Positions 47,620 to 57,496 of a DNA stretch of 64,000 nucleotides are shown here, piece by piece (the stretch's first letter is position 1; each line of letters starts with the position of its first letter). The notes beneath the pieces were generated by a model. It made no database searches. It was not told the DNA's origin and saw nothing but the letters and a program-made list of their open reading frames with translations. The stretch comes from Myxococcota bacterium (GTDB lineage: Bacteria > Myxococcota_A > UBA9160 > UBA6930), in the NCBI GenBank assembly GCA_036560185.1, contig DATBRS010000237.1:523-64522 (forward strand). Direction: 5' to 3'. The position numbers and the translations under genes are program-made.

Positions 47620-50063
47620 GCGCCGGCGAGCCGCGCCAGGGCGAGCTGCCCCTCGCCGCGGAGCTGCGCGGCGCCGCACCCGGGAACGACGAGGGGGCGA
47701 TCGCCGAGCTGGGGGCCGGCGAGCCCGCGTACCCGGGCGCGAACGCGCGCATCGTGTTCCTGCTCGACGCCGCGAGCCCGCTCGAGGAGCGCTTGTTACG
47801 CGAGTGGATCGCGCGCGCGCGGCCGGCGAGCGCGCCGCCCGAGACCGCGATCGCGATTCCCGCCACGCGCCGCCGGCGGGGCGCGCTCGGGCTCGACCTC
47901 GAGGCCGCGCTCGCGGCGGGCGACGACGCGCTGTTCGCGCCGCTGCGCGTCGTGTGGCTCGCGCCGACTCACAAGGGAGTGCGCGCGGCGCGGCTCTCCG
48001 ACTTGTTGTGGTTCGGCGACCCGCGCGATCCCGGCCGCCTGCGCGAGCACCTGATCCGACGCTTCGCGCCGAGGCGCTGCCGCATCGTCGCCGCAGAGCC
48101 CGCGCGCGCTTCGGAGCTGCGCGAGCGCTGGCGCCGCAACACCGGTGCCGAGAGCGGCGCGACGCTCGGCTTCGCCGAGTTCGTCGTTCGCCAGGCGCAT
48201 CTCGCGCTCGAGCGCGCCGAACGCCGCCTGCGCGGCGCGCGCTACAAGATTCCGCGCTTCGTGCGCGAGGAGATCCTCGCGCGCCCCGCGTTCCGCGGCG
48301 AGATCGCACTGCTCGCCGCGCGCCTCGGCCGCGGCGCCGAGGACGTGCTGCGCGAGGCCGAGGCCGATCTGCGCGAGATCGCGGCGGCACATCGGCCCAC
48401 CGTGATCGACCTCGTGGTGCAGCTCTGGCGCGGGATGATCACGCGCGGCTACGGCGGAGTGCTCCAGTACGACCCCGCGCAGCTCGACCGCATCCGCACC
48501 CTCTCGCAGCATCACAGCGTCGTGTTCCTGCCCACGCACAAGTCGAACCTCGACCACGGTGCGCTGCAGGTGCTGCTGCACGAGAACGGGATGCCGCAGA
48601 ACCACACCGCCGGCGGCATCAACATGAACTTCTTCCCGCTCGGCCCGCTCGTGCGCCGCGCCGGCGTGTTCTTCATCCGGCGCACGTTCAAGGACGACGA
48701 GATCTACAAGTCGGTGCTGCGGCACTACATCGACTACCTCGTCGAGAAGCGCTTTCCGCTCGAGTGGTACATCGAGGGCGGCCGCTCGCGGAGCGGCAAG
48801 CTGCTGCCGCCTCGCTTCGGATTGCTCGCCTACGTCGTCGACGCCTTCCGCCGCGGCCGCTGCGAGGACGTGCACCTGATCCCCGTCTCGATCGCGTACG
48901 ACCAGATCTCGGACGTGAGCGACTACGCCGCCGAGCAGCGCGGCGGCGCGAAGGAAGCCGAGGGGTTCCTCTGGTTCGTGCGCATCGTGCGCCGGCTCGG
49001 CAAGCGCTACGGCCGCATCCACGTGCGCTTCGGCGACGACGTCTCGCTCGCCAAGACGCTCGGCGCCCCCAACCCGAACGCCGCGCCCGACACCAACGAG
49101 GAGAGCCTCGCGCTGCAGAAGCTCGCCTTCGAAGTGTGCGTGCGCATCAACCGGGCGACGCCGATCACGCCGATCTCGCTGGTGTGCCTCTCGCTGCTGG
49201 GCCGCGGCGACCGCGCGCTCACCGCCGTCGAGCTGCGCGACTCGCTGCGCAACCTCGTGCAGTACGTGCACCGCTGCCGCTTACCCGTCACGGAGGAGCT
49301 CGCGCTGGATTCGGCCGAGGCGATCGTGCCGGTGCTCGAGGAGCTCGTGCGCAGCGGGCTGCTGCACCGCTACGACGAGGGCCCCGAGGTGGTCTACGGC
49401 ATCGCGCCCGAGCAGCACCTCGCCGCTGCTTATTATCGAAACACGGTGATCCACTACTTCGTGACGGGCGCGATCGCCGAGCTCGCGCTGCTGCGCGCCG
49501 CCGAGCCGGACGTGACCGATCGGCGCGCCGCGTTCTGGAACCAAGCCCTCGCGCTGCGCGACCTGCTGAAGTTCGAGTTCTTCTTCCCCGAGCGCGAGCG
49601 CTTCCTGGCGGAGCTGCGCGCGGAGCTCGCGATGCACGCGCCGAGCTTCGAGCACGCGCTCGGCGAAGACGCCGATTCGATCACCGGCCTGCTTCCGCGC
49701 CTGCGTCCGTTCCACTCGCACCGCATCCTGCGCCCCTACCTCGAGGCCTACCGCGTGGTCGCCGACGCGCTCGAGCGCGCGCCCGCGGACGCGAAGCTCG
49801 AGGACGGGGTGTTCCTGCGCAGCTGCCTCGCGCTCGGCAAGCAGTACATCTTGCAGGGACGCGTCGCGCGCCAGGAATCCGTGTCGCAGGCGCTGTTCGC
49901 GACCGCGCTGAAGCTCGCCCGCCACCGCGGCCTGTGCGGGCCCGGCGGCGCCGAGCTCCCGGAGCAGCGCCGCGCCTTCGCCGCCGAGCTGCGCGAGGAC
50001 ATTCGCCGCGTCGACGCGATCGAGGCGCTCGTGCGAGCGCGCATCGCGGGGATCCTCGAGTGA
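47616..50063 (+). CDS. plsB: Glycerol-3-phosphate acyltransferase PlsB
   Basis: The ATG overlaps the M20 stop (ATGA). HX4D block FLPTHKSNLDH, FFIRRTF and YIEGGRSRSGK. 815 aa. Confidence 0.92.
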   Translation: MSAGEPRQGELPLAAELRGAAPGNDEGAIAELGAGEPAYPGANARIVFLLDAASPLEERLLREWIARARPASAPPETAIAIPATRRRRGALGLDLEAALAAGDDALFAPLRVVWLAPTHKGVRAARLSDLLWFGDPRDPGRLREHLIRRFAPRRCRIVAAEPARASELRERWRRNTGAESGATLGFAEFVVRQAHLALERAERRLRGARYKIPRFVREEILARPAFRGEIALLAARLGRGAEDVLREAEADLREIAAAHRPTVIDLVVQLWRGMITRGYGGVLQYDPAQLDRIRTLSQHHSVVFLPTHKSNLDHGALQVLLHENGMPQNHTAGGINMNFFPLGPLVRRAGVFFIRRTFKDDEIYKSVLRHYIDYLVEKRFPLEWYIEGGRSRSGKLLPPRFGLLAYVVDAFRRGRCEDVHLIPVSIAYDQISDVSDYAAEQRGGAKEAEGFLWFVRIVRRLGKRYGRIHVRFGDDVSLAKTLGAPNPNAAPDTNEESLALQKLAFEVCVRINRATPITPISLVCLSLLGRGDRALTAVELRDSLRNLVQYVHRCRLPVTEELALDSAEAIVPVLEELVRSGLLHRYDEGPEVVYGIAPEQHLAAAYYRNTVIHYFVTGAIAELALLRAAEPDVTDRRAAFWNQALALRDLLKFEFFFPERERFLAELRAELAMHAPSFEHALGEDADSITGLLPRLRPFHSHRILRPYLEAYRVVADALERAPADAKLEDGVFLRSCLALGKQYILQGRVARQESVSQALFATALKLARHRGLCGPGGAELPEQRRAFAAELREDIRRVDAIEALVRARIAGILE

Positions 50064-50091
50064 GCGAGCCGCGCCGGGAGGTCGACGCGCG

Positions 50092-50862
50092 GTGAGGCGC
50101 ACGCTCCTCGAGCGCCTGGTCGCCCGCACGAACCCGCGCTGGATCGAGTCCTTCGCGCCGGTGCCCTACGAAATTGGACCTGGCTTGTGGTCCGTCGACC
50201 GCCTGCTCGAGATTCCTCTCGGTCCGCGCCTCGGTACGCGCACGCTGCTCGTCGAGCTGCCCGAGGGCGGCGTGCTCGCGTGGTCGCCGGTGCCCCTCGG
50301 AGGCGCGCTGCGCGAGCTCGTGGAGACGCGCGGCGGCGCGCGCTTCCTGGTCGCGCCGAACTCGTTCCACTACCTCGGGATCGGCGACTGGCAGCGCGCG
50401 TTCCCGAGCGCCGAGAGCTGGCTCGCGCCCGGCTTGCTCGCGCGCGTCGCCGGCGCGGCGGGGCGCGAGCTGCACGAAGGCGCCGCGACGCCGTTCGCCG
50501 CGCTGCTCCCGCATTGCGTGCTCGACTGCGGCCGCGGCGTCAGCGAGGTCGCGTTCCTGCACGCGCCCTCGCGCACGCTGCTGCTCGTCGACAGCGCATT
50601 CAACGTGCGCCACGTCGCGCGCCGGCGCGATCGCCTCGTCTGGGCTGCGGCCGGCGTGCTCGGCCGCTTCGGCCCGACGCCCACGGCGCGCGCGTTCCTA
50701 TTGCGCGACCGGGCTGCGGTCGGCGCGTGGATCGAGCGGCTGTGCGCGTGGCCGTTCGAGCGCGTGGTGATGGCGCACGGCGAGCCGCTCGGCGCGGGGC
50801 CGAGCGAGCTGCGCGCGGCGTTCGTGCGGTATCTCGACGACGCATCGCGGAGGGCGGCATGA
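50092..50862 (+). CDS. DUF4336-like protein
   Basis: 256-aa coherent ORF. LWSVDR...LLVELPEGGVLAWSPVP...FLVAPNSFHYL resembles DUF4336. Confidence 0.65.
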   Translation: MRRTLLERLVARTNPRWIESFAPVPYEIGPGLWSVDRLLEIPLGPRLGTRTLLVELPEGGVLAWSPVPLGGALRELVETRGGARFLVAPNSFHYLGIGDWQRAFPSAESWLAPGLLARVAGAAGRELHEGAATPFAALLPHCVLDCGRGVSEVAFLHAPSRTLLLVDSAFNVRHVARRRDRLVWAAAGVLGRFGPTPTARAFLLRDRAAVGAWIERLCAWPFERVVMAHGEPLGAGPSELRAAFVRYLDDASRRAA

Positions 50863-51332
50863 ACCGTTTCGAGCTGGTTGCGATCGCGCACGTTCAGGGC
50901 GCCCGTGCCGACGTGGAGGACGACTTCTGGGGCGGCGCGGAGTCGCGCCTCGTGCTGACCGACGTGGTGGAGGAGAGCGCCCTCGACGGCATCGAGACGT
51001 TCTCCCACGTCGAGGTGCTGTTCGTGTTCGACCGCGTCGAGGACGCGAAGATCATCCGCGGCGCCCGGCATCCCCGTAACAACGAGGCTTGGCCCAGCAC
51101 CGGCATCCTCGCGCAGCGCGCGAAGAATCGGCCCAACCGGCTCGGCAGCACGATCTGCCGCGTCGTGCGGCGCGAGGGGGGCGCGCTCGTCGTGCGCGAG
51201 CTCGACGCAGTGGAGGGCACGCCGGTGGTGGACATCAAGCCCGTGCTGCGCGAGTTCCTGCCGCGCGAGGACGTGCGGCAGCCGGCGTGGGCGACCGAGC
51301 TGATGCGCGCATACTGGAACGCGCCGCGCTGA
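50859..51332 (+). CDS. trmO: TsaA/TrmO-like (YaeB family) SAM-dependent tRNA methyltransferase
   Basis: 157 aa starting MNRFELVAIAHV. HPRNNEAWPSTGILAQRAKNRPNRLGST and GTPVVDIKP motifs. The ATG overlaps the upstream stop (ATGA). Confidence 0.82.
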   Translation: MNRFELVAIAHVQGARADVEDDFWGGAESRLVLTDVVEESALDGIETFSHVEVLFVFDRVEDAKIIRGARHPRNNEAWPSTGILAQRAKNRPNRLGSTICRVVRREGGALVVRELDAVEGTPVVDIKPVLREFLPREDVRQPAWATELMRAYWNAPR

Positions 51333-51373
51333 ACGGCGCTGTTACGCGATGCTGGGCGCGCCGGCCCCGAGCC

Positions 51374-51982
51374 TCACTCCTCGCGCACCAGCACGAAGTA
51401 GTGATCGAGCGCGCTCTCGCCCTTGTACGCCGCGCCGATCGTGACGTGGCGCGAGACGCGGCGCATGAAGTCGCGCGTGCCGCCGTACACGAAGCGCTGA
51501 AGTCCCCGGGAGTTCGGCACGACCGGCGGCCAGCCGCTCGGCACCGGGCCGTCGGGCACGCGGAAGTAGTCGACGACCACCGCGCCGCGCTCCGCCCAGG
51601 CCGAGTCCGGCGCGGCCGGCTCCGCCACGAAGTAACCGGGCCCGATCAGCCGCACGACGGGCGTCTGGTTGTATCCGAACAGCCGCGCCGAGGCGGACTC
51701 GGGACGGCTGAAGCGCTTCTCGAAGAAGCGCAGCGGGCGTGGCAGTGGCAGCGTGTTCTTGCCGAAGTGGCGCACGGGCTCGCCGGGCGCGCGCTCGGGC
51801 GGAACGAAGTCGCCGAGCGTGAGCGGGCGCGCGGCGGCCGCACGGCGGTAGAGACGCCGCTGTGCCGCGCGGCCGAGCGCGAGCAGCGCGGCGCAGCGCT
51901 CGCTCGGCGACGCGCGCTCGAGCGCGTCTTCGAGCGCCGTCAGCGAGATCGATTCGTCCGCGAGCAGGGCGTCGAGATGCAT
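51374..51982 (-). CDS. Hypothetical protein
   Basis: 202 aa from the ATG at 51982 (MHLDALLADESISL). Non-repetitive composition. No family recognised. Confidence 0.45.
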   Translation of the reverse strand: MHLDALLADESISLTALEDALERASPSERCAALLALGRAAQRRLYRRAAAARPLTLGDFVPPERAPGEPVRHFGKNTLPLPRPLRFFEKRFSRPESASARLFGYNQTPVVRLIGPGYFVAEPAAPDSAWAERGAVVVDYFRVPDGPVPSGWPPVVPNSRGLQRFVYGGTRDFMRRVSRHVTIGAAYKGESALDHYFVLVREE

Positions 51983-52003
51983 CGCGCAGTGTTGTAGTCG
52001 CTT

Positions 52004-52019
52004 TCGTCTCCGGAGACGA
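52004..52019. promoter_or_regulatory. 16-bp perfect palindrome in a divergent promoter region (candidate operator)
   Basis: TCGTCTCCGGAGACGA lies between the hypothetical gene (start 51982, minus strand) and the MFS gene (start 52101, plus strand). Confidence 0.3.
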
Positions 52020-52100
52020 GCGCTGACGCGGCTCTTCGCGTGCGCGCGCCCCAACAACCCGTGGCGCCGCGCCGCTCGCCGCGGGAGACTGCCCGCCCGC

Positions 52101-53351
52101 ATGCCGCCGACGCGCACCCGCTACACGATGCTCGGCTTCGCGCTCGGCACGATGGCGCTGGCGTACGTCGACCGCGTCGCGATCGCGATGTCGAGCGCGT
52201 CGATCAAATCCGACCTCGCGCTCAGCGACTCCCAGCTCGGCTACGTGTTCAGCGCCTTCACGCTCGCCTACGCGATCTTCGAAGTGCCGAGCGGCTGGCT
52301 CGCGGACCGCTTCGGCGCGCGCCGCATGATGACCCGCATCGTGCTCTGGTGGTCCGCGTTCACCGCCGCGACCGCAGCGGCGCGCGCATTCCTTCCGCTC
52401 GTCGCGGTCCGCTTCCTGTTCGGCATGGGCGAAGCGGGCGTCTTGCCGACGCTCACGAGCGCGTTCCGGCGCTGGCTCCCCGCGCGCGAACGCGGGCGCG
52501 CCTTCGGACTCACGATCGCGGCGGCCGCGCTCGGCACCGCAGTCGCGCAGCCGATCGTCGGCGCGATGCTCGAGCGCTTCTCGTGGCGCGAGTCGTTCGT
52601 GGCGTTCGGCGCGCTCGGCTCGCTCTGGGCGATCGCGTGGTACTGGTGGATGCGCGACGACCCGCGCGAGCACGCGGCGGTGAACGCCGCCGAGATCGCC
52701 GTGATCGGACCGCCGGCGCAGGCGCCGCACGCGCGCGTTCCCTGGAAGCGCCTCGTACGCAGCCGCAACCTGATCGTCGTGTGCGCGATGTACTTCTGCG
52801 CGATCTACGGCTGGTACTTCTTCATGACCTGGCTGCCGCAATACCTCGTGCGCGCGCGCGGCTTCGACTTGGCGCAGACGAAGTGGCTCGCGGCGGCGCC
52901 CTGGGTCGCGATCGCGCTCGGCTGCTTCCTCGGCGGCCTGCTCTCCGACTCGCTCGTGCGCCGCAAGGGATTGCGCGTCGGGCTCACGCGGCCGGGCAGC
53001 ATCGGCCTGCCCCTCGCCGCGCTCGCGATCGTCGCGGCGATCGCGACGCCGAGCGGACTCGCGGCGGCCGTGTTCCTGTCGCTCGCCGCGGGCCTCGCAG
53101 CGCTCGGCATCGCCTCCGCGTGGTCGACCTGCCTCGCGATCGGCGGCCGCCACGGCGGCGTCGTGAGCGGCGCGATGAACATGTGCGGGAACCTCGGCGG
53201 CACGGTGTGCCCCGTCGTGTTCGGCCAGAGCCTCGATCGGCTCGGCTCGTGGAACGTGCCGCTCGCGAGCGTGGCGGTGCTGTACGGGATCTCGGGCCTG
53301 CTGTGGCTGGCCATCGATCCGCGCGTCCAGCTCGACGCGGACGAGGGCTGA
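52101..53351 (+). CDS. MFS transporter (anion:cation symporter / hexuronate-like subfamily)
   Basis: 416 aa with 12 predicted TM helices. GWLADRFGARR and FLFGMGEAGVLP motifs. Confidence 0.88.
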   Translation: MPPTRTRYTMLGFALGTMALAYVDRVAIAMSSASIKSDLALSDSQLGYVFSAFTLAYAIFEVPSGWLADRFGARRMMTRIVLWWSAFTAATAAARAFLPLVAVRFLFGMGEAGVLPTLTSAFRRWLPARERGRAFGLTIAAAALGTAVAQPIVGAMLERFSWRESFVAFGALGSLWAIAWYWWMRDDPREHAAVNAAEIAVIGPPAQAPHARVPWKRLVRSRNLIVVCAMYFCAIYGWYFFMTWLPQYLVRARGFDLAQTKWLAAAPWVAIALGCFLGGLLSDSLVRRKGLRVGLTRPGSIGLPLAALAIVAAIATPSGLAAAVFLSLAAGLAALGIASAWSTCLAIGGRHGGVVSGAMNMCGNLGGTVCPVVFGQSLDRLGSWNVPLASVAVLYGISGLLWLAIDPRVQLDADEG

Positions 53352-53356
53352 CGAGC

Positions 53357-54154
53357 TCAGCGAAACAGCGCGTTCATCTCCGCGTAGCCGAGGCTCGCCG
53401 CAGTCGGCTGCCCGTCGCCGAGCAGGGCGAGCGCCTCGCGGCGCGCGAACGAGTAAGCGTTCATCGCGATCGAGGAGCCGGCGCTCACGCGGCGCACGCC
53501 GAGCGCCTGCAGCTCCCGCGGGCTCGGCAGCGTGGGCACGAGCAGCAGGTTGAGCGGCGAGTCCACTGCGGCGACCACGGCGCGGATCGTCTCCGGATCC
53601 GCGAGGCCGGGCACGAAGAAGCCGTCGGCGCCTGCCGCGCGGTAGGTGTGCCCGCGCGCGATCGCCTCGTCGCGCGCGCGCTCCTTCGGCACGAGGCCCT
53701 TCAGGTAGACGTCGGTGCGCGCGTTCACGAACAGCGGGATGCCGGCGCGGGCGCCGGCTCGCTTCGCCGCTTCGATCTTCGCGCACAGCAGATCGGGAGG
53801 ATCGGTCCCGTCCTCGAGGTTCACGCCGACCGCGCCCGCGCCGATCAGCGCGGCGATCGTCTCGCCGACCGCGGCGGCGTCTCGCGCGAGACCCGCCTCG
53901 GCGTCGACGCTCAGCGGCACGCGCACGACGCGCGCGATCTCTCGCGTCGCCGCCTCGAGCACCCGCGCGGGCACGTGGTTTCCGTCCGCATATCCGAGCG
54001 ACCAGGCGAGGCCCGCGCTGGTGGTGGCGATGGCGCGCGCGCCGCTCGCCTCGAACAGGCGCGCGCTGCCGGCGTCCCAGGCGTTCGGCAGCCGAAGCAG
54101 CTCACCCTTGGCGTGAAACGAATGGAACTGCGCAGCGTGCTCGGATTGCGGCAT
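53357..54154 (-). CDS. Isocitrate lyase / PEP mutase superfamily enzyme
   Basis: ATG at 54154 after GGAGG. LRLPNAWDAGSARLFEASGARAIATTSAG and GVNLEDG motifs. Confidence 0.8.
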   Translation of the reverse strand: MPQSEHAAQFHSFHAKGELLRLPNAWDAGSARLFEASGARAIATTSAGLAWSLGYADGNHVPARVLEAATREIARVVRVPLSVDAEAGLARDAAAVGETIAALIGAGAVGVNLEDGTDPPDLLCAKIEAAKRAGARAGIPLFVNARTDVYLKGLVPKERARDEAIARGHTYRAAGADGFFVPGLADPETIRAVVAAVDSPLNLLLVPTLPSPRELQALGVRRVSAGSSIAMNAYSFARREALALLGDGQPTAASLGYAEMNALFR

Positions 54155-54227
54155 GGGTCCTCCGTGAGGGGCGCGATGTTTCGACATTCTGCAGCGAGCG
54201 CTCGCCATCCGCGGACGCGCACAACGG

Positions 54228-54935
54228 TCAGAGCTCCACCTGCGTCCCGCTGCTGCCCGCGCGCAGAATGCGCTCGCACAGCTCCACGATCGCGGCGCCG
54301 GCTTCGTCGGGGGCGAGCCCGCGCGCGTGGATGTTGCTGATGCACTTGCGGTCGGCGTCGGTCGTGGCGGCGTGCGGACGCAGCGTCACGTAGCAACCGA
54401 GGCTCTCGGCGGTGCCGAGCCCCGGACGCTCGCCGATCAGCTGCACGGCGAGCCGCGCGCCGCTGGCTTCGCACACGCGATCCGCGATCGCGACGCGGCC
54501 GAGCGTCACCGCCACCGGCGCGGCGAGCGGGCCGAGGCGCTCGAGGCCACGCACGAGCATCGGCCACACGCGCGCGAGCTGCGTCTCGGCGGCGCGCGCC
54601 GAGAGCCCGTCCGTCACGACGATCTGCGCGACCGCGCCGGGCACGCGCGCGGCCGCAATGCGCGCCGCTTCGCCGGGCGCGAGCGAACGCCCGAGATCGG
54701 GGCGCCGCAAGTACGCGGCTCGGTCGGGCGCGGCGGAGCGCACGAACAGGCAGCCGCGCGCGCGCAGCTCGGCGAGGAACGGCTCGCTCCACACGCTCTG
54801 CACGGCATCGCGCGCGCGCGCGTGGTCGGCGCGAAATTCGAGCGCGCTCGCCGTGCGCGGGCGCGCGCCCGCGCGGCCGACGCCCAAGCGCGCGGGCGTG
54901 CTGCGCAGCAGGCGCTCGAGCTCGTCGCCACTCAT
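54228..54935 (-). CDS. eutC: Ethanolamine ammonia-lyase small subunit
   Basis: 235 aa. RLGVGRAGARP...QLIGERPGLGTAESL...NIHARG is typical of EutC. Confidence 0.9.
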   Translation of the reverse strand: MSGDELERLLRSTPARLGVGRAGARPRTASALEFRADHARARDAVQSVWSEPFLAELRARGCLFVRSAAPDRAAYLRRPDLGRSLAPGEAARIAAARVPGAVAQIVVTDGLSARAAETQLARVWPMLVRGLERLGPLAAPVAVTLGRVAIADRVCEASGARLAVQLIGERPGLGTAESLGCYVTLRPHAATTDADRKCISNIHARGLAPDEAGAAIVELCERILRAGSSGTQVEL

Positions 54936-54939
54936 CCCG

Positions 54940-56307
54940 TCACGCGAGCAGCGCGCGCGGATCGCCCGCGCGCGCCGTCAGCCGCCCGTCGCGCATCAGC
55001 TCGCGCGCTTCGAGCCAGCGCTCGAATTCGGGCGCTGGCCGCAGCGCGAGCAGCTCGCGCACCGCCGCGACGTCGTGATAGCTGGTGCTCTGGTAGTGCA
55101 GCATGCAGTCGTCGCCGAGCGGCACGCCCATGAAGTAGTTGCAGCCGGCGGCGGCGAGCAGCATCGCGCAGCTCTCGAGGTCGTTCTGATCCGCCTCCGC
55201 GTGGTTCGTGTAACAGACGTCCGCGCCCATCGGCACGCCGAGCAGCTTGCCCATGAAGTGGTCCTCGAGCGCCGCGCGCGCGATCTCGCGGGCGTCGTAC
55301 AGGTACTCGGGGCCGATGAAGCCGACGACGGTGTTCACCAGCAGCGGCGCGTAGCGGCGCGCGACTCCGTAACAACGCGCCTCGAGCGTCACTTGGTCGA
55401 CGCCCTCGTGCGCGTCGCTCGAGAGCTCCGAGCCCTGCCCCGTCTCGAAGTACCAGACGTGCGGCGTGCGCAGGCGCCCGCGCTCGCGCACGAGCGCGTC
55501 CGCTTCGCCGAGCAGCGCGAGGTCGATGCCGAACGCGCGATTGCCCTTCTCGCTGCCCGCCACCGACTGGAACACGAGATCGAGCGGCGCGCCGCGCTCG
55601 AACGCGCGCAGCTGCGTCGTCACGTGCGCCAGCACGCACGCGTGCGTCGGCACGGCGAGCGACGTCATCACCTCGTCGATCGCGCGCGCGATGCGCTCCA
55701 CGGTCTCGAGCCGATCCTCGACGGGATTCACGCCGATCAGCGCGTCGCCCGAGCCGTAGGCGAGGCCTTCGAGAATGGCGGCGCGAATGCCCTCGGCGGC
55801 GTCCGCCGGATGGTTGGGCTGGATGCGCGACGCGAGCCGCCCCGCGAGGCCGAGCGTCGTGCGCCCCCTCACCGCGACCGGCAGCCGCTTCGCGGCGAGC
55901 GCGAGATCGAGGTTCGAGCACAGCTTCGCGACCGCGGCGGCGTGCTCCGGCAAGAGCGCGCGGCGGAGCGGCGCGAGCGCATCCGGCGCGTCGAAGGCGC
56001 CCGCGAGCAGACGCTCGCGCAGCTCGCCGACGCCGAAGCCCGCGAGTGGGCGGAATGCCTCCGCGTCCTGCTCACCGAGGAACGCGCGCGTAAGCTCGTC
56101 GCGCTCCGGCGCGATCACCGGCTCCTCGACGAAGCGCGCGAGCGGAACCTCCGCGAGCGCGCGCTTCGCCGCGACGCGCTCCTCCGCGCTCGCCGCCGCG
56201 AGGCCTGCGAGCTGGTCGCCGCTCTTCGGCTCGTTCGCCTTGGCGAGCAGCTCGCGCAGATCGCGAAAGGCGAAGCCCGAGGCGGCGTAGCGCGGCATCG
56301 ACTCCAT
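54940..56307 (-). CDS. eutB: Ethanolamine ammonia-lyase large subunit
   Basis: 455 aa. The EutB sequence is recognisable over its full length (FRDLRELLAKANEPKSGD..., FETGQGSELS, NYFMGVPLGDD). Confidence 0.95.
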   Translation of the reverse strand: MESMPRYAASGFAFRDLRELLAKANEPKSGDQLAGLAAASAEERVAAKRALAEVPLARFVEEPVIAPERDELTRAFLGEQDAEAFRPLAGFGVGELRERLLAGAFDAPDALAPLRRALLPEHAAAVAKLCSNLDLALAAKRLPVAVRGRTTLGLAGRLASRIQPNHPADAAEGIRAAILEGLAYGSGDALIGVNPVEDRLETVERIARAIDEVMTSLAVPTHACVLAHVTTQLRAFERGAPLDLVFQSVAGSEKGNRAFGIDLALLGEADALVRERGRLRTPHVWYFETGQGSELSSDAHEGVDQVTLEARCYGVARRYAPLLVNTVVGFIGPEYLYDAREIARAALEDHFMGKLLGVPMGADVCYTNHAEADQNDLESCAMLLAAAGCNYFMGVPLGDDCMLHYQSTSYHDVAAVRELLALRPAPEFERWLEARELMRDGRLTARAGDPRALLA

Positions 56308-56351
56308 GCTACGCGCGAGGCCCCATACTCGCTGCGCGGAGGAGAAATCCG

Positions 56352-56897
56352 ATGAGCCTCGCCGCTCACTTCGGCGCGTGCGCCCGCAACAACCTGTGGT
56401 CGAACGACCGGCTCTTGCGCGCCTGCGCCGAGCTCACGCCAGCGGAGCTGCACGCGCCGCGCGTGAGCTTCTTCCCGTCGATCCTGCGCACGCTGAATCA
56501 CATCCTGCTGGTCGACACTTACTACCTCGGCGAGCTCGAGGCGACGGGCCGCGGGCTCGCCGCCTGGGAGCGCGCCCGCAACGCCGAGCACGCGGAGCTG
56601 GCGCCCCTGGCCGCGGCGCAGCTCGCCTCGGATCGGCGGCTGGTCGCGTTCTGCGACGGACTGGACGCCGCCGCACTGCGCCGCAGCGTGCTGTTGAACC
56701 GCGGCGACGACGAGGGCGTGTTCGAGGAAGCGCTGCCCGCGGTGCTGGAGCACTTGTTCGTGCACCAGACGCACCACCGCGGTCAGGCGCACGCGATGCT
56801 CTCGGGAACGCGCGTCGCGCCACCACAGCTCGACGAGTTCTTCCTGGGCTATGACGAGCCGCGTCGCCGCGACGCGCTCGCGCGGCTCGGGATCTGA
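56352..56897 (+). CDS. DinB-family metal-dependent four-helix-bundle protein
   Basis: 181 aa. GGAGGAG SD. NNLWSNDRLL...LNHILLVD...HQTHHRGQAHAML. Confidence 0.8.
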   Translation: MSLAAHFGACARNNLWSNDRLLRACAELTPAELHAPRVSFFPSILRTLNHILLVDTYYLGELEATGRGLAAWERARNAEHAELAPLAAAQLASDRRLVAFCDGLDAAALRRSVLLNRGDDEGVFEEALPAVLEHLFVHQTHHRGQAHAMLSGTRVAPPQLDEFFLGYDEPRRRDALARLGI

Positions 56898-56947
56898 CCC
56901 GCTGGCGCGTTAGCCTCGCCCGCGCCCGACAGGAGCTACTGCGCCCG

Positions 56948-57490
56948 ATGCGAATCCTCGCTCTCTGCGGAAGCTTGCGCGCCGCTTCGTCGAACGGTGC
57001 GCTGCTCGACGCCGCGGCGCGGCTCGCACCCGAGGGCGTGCGCATCGAGCGCTTCGACGGCATCGGCGCGTTGCCGCACTTCAATCCCGATCTCGACATC
57101 GAGCCTCCGCCGCCGGCCGTGACGCGCTGGCGCGAGGCGCTTCGCGAAGCGGACGCGATCTTGCTCTCGAGCCCCGAGTACGTGCACGGCATGCCGGGAG
57201 CGCTGAAGAACGCGCTCGACTGGATCGTGTCGAGCGGCGAGATCGGCGGGAAGCCGCTCGCTCAGCTCGACACCTCGCGCTCGCACTTCGCGACGCCGCA
57301 GCTGCGCGAGGTGCTGACGACGATGGAGGCGCGCATCGTGCCGGAGGCGTCGATCACGCTGCATCTCTGGACGAATCGCGTGGACGCGAGCGCGATCCTC
57401 GCGAACGACGCTGCAGCCGGCGCGCTGCGCGCCGCCGTCGCGGCGCTCGCAGCGAGCGTGCGCGCGGGCAAGCGCGCGCAGCTCGCGTAG
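56948..57490 (+). CDS. NADPH-dependent FMN reductase
   Basis: 180 aa. MRILALCGSLRAASSN and LLSSPEYVHGMPGALKNALDW. Confidence 0.85.
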   Translation: MRILALCGSLRAASSNGALLDAAARLAPEGVRIERFDGIGALPHFNPDLDIEPPPPAVTRWREALREADAILLSSPEYVHGMPGALKNALDWIVSSGEIGGKPLAQLDTSRSHFATPQLREVLTTMEARIVPEASITLHLWTNRVDASAILANDAAAGALRAAVAALAASVRAGKRAQLA

Positions 57491-57496
57491 CGAGCG

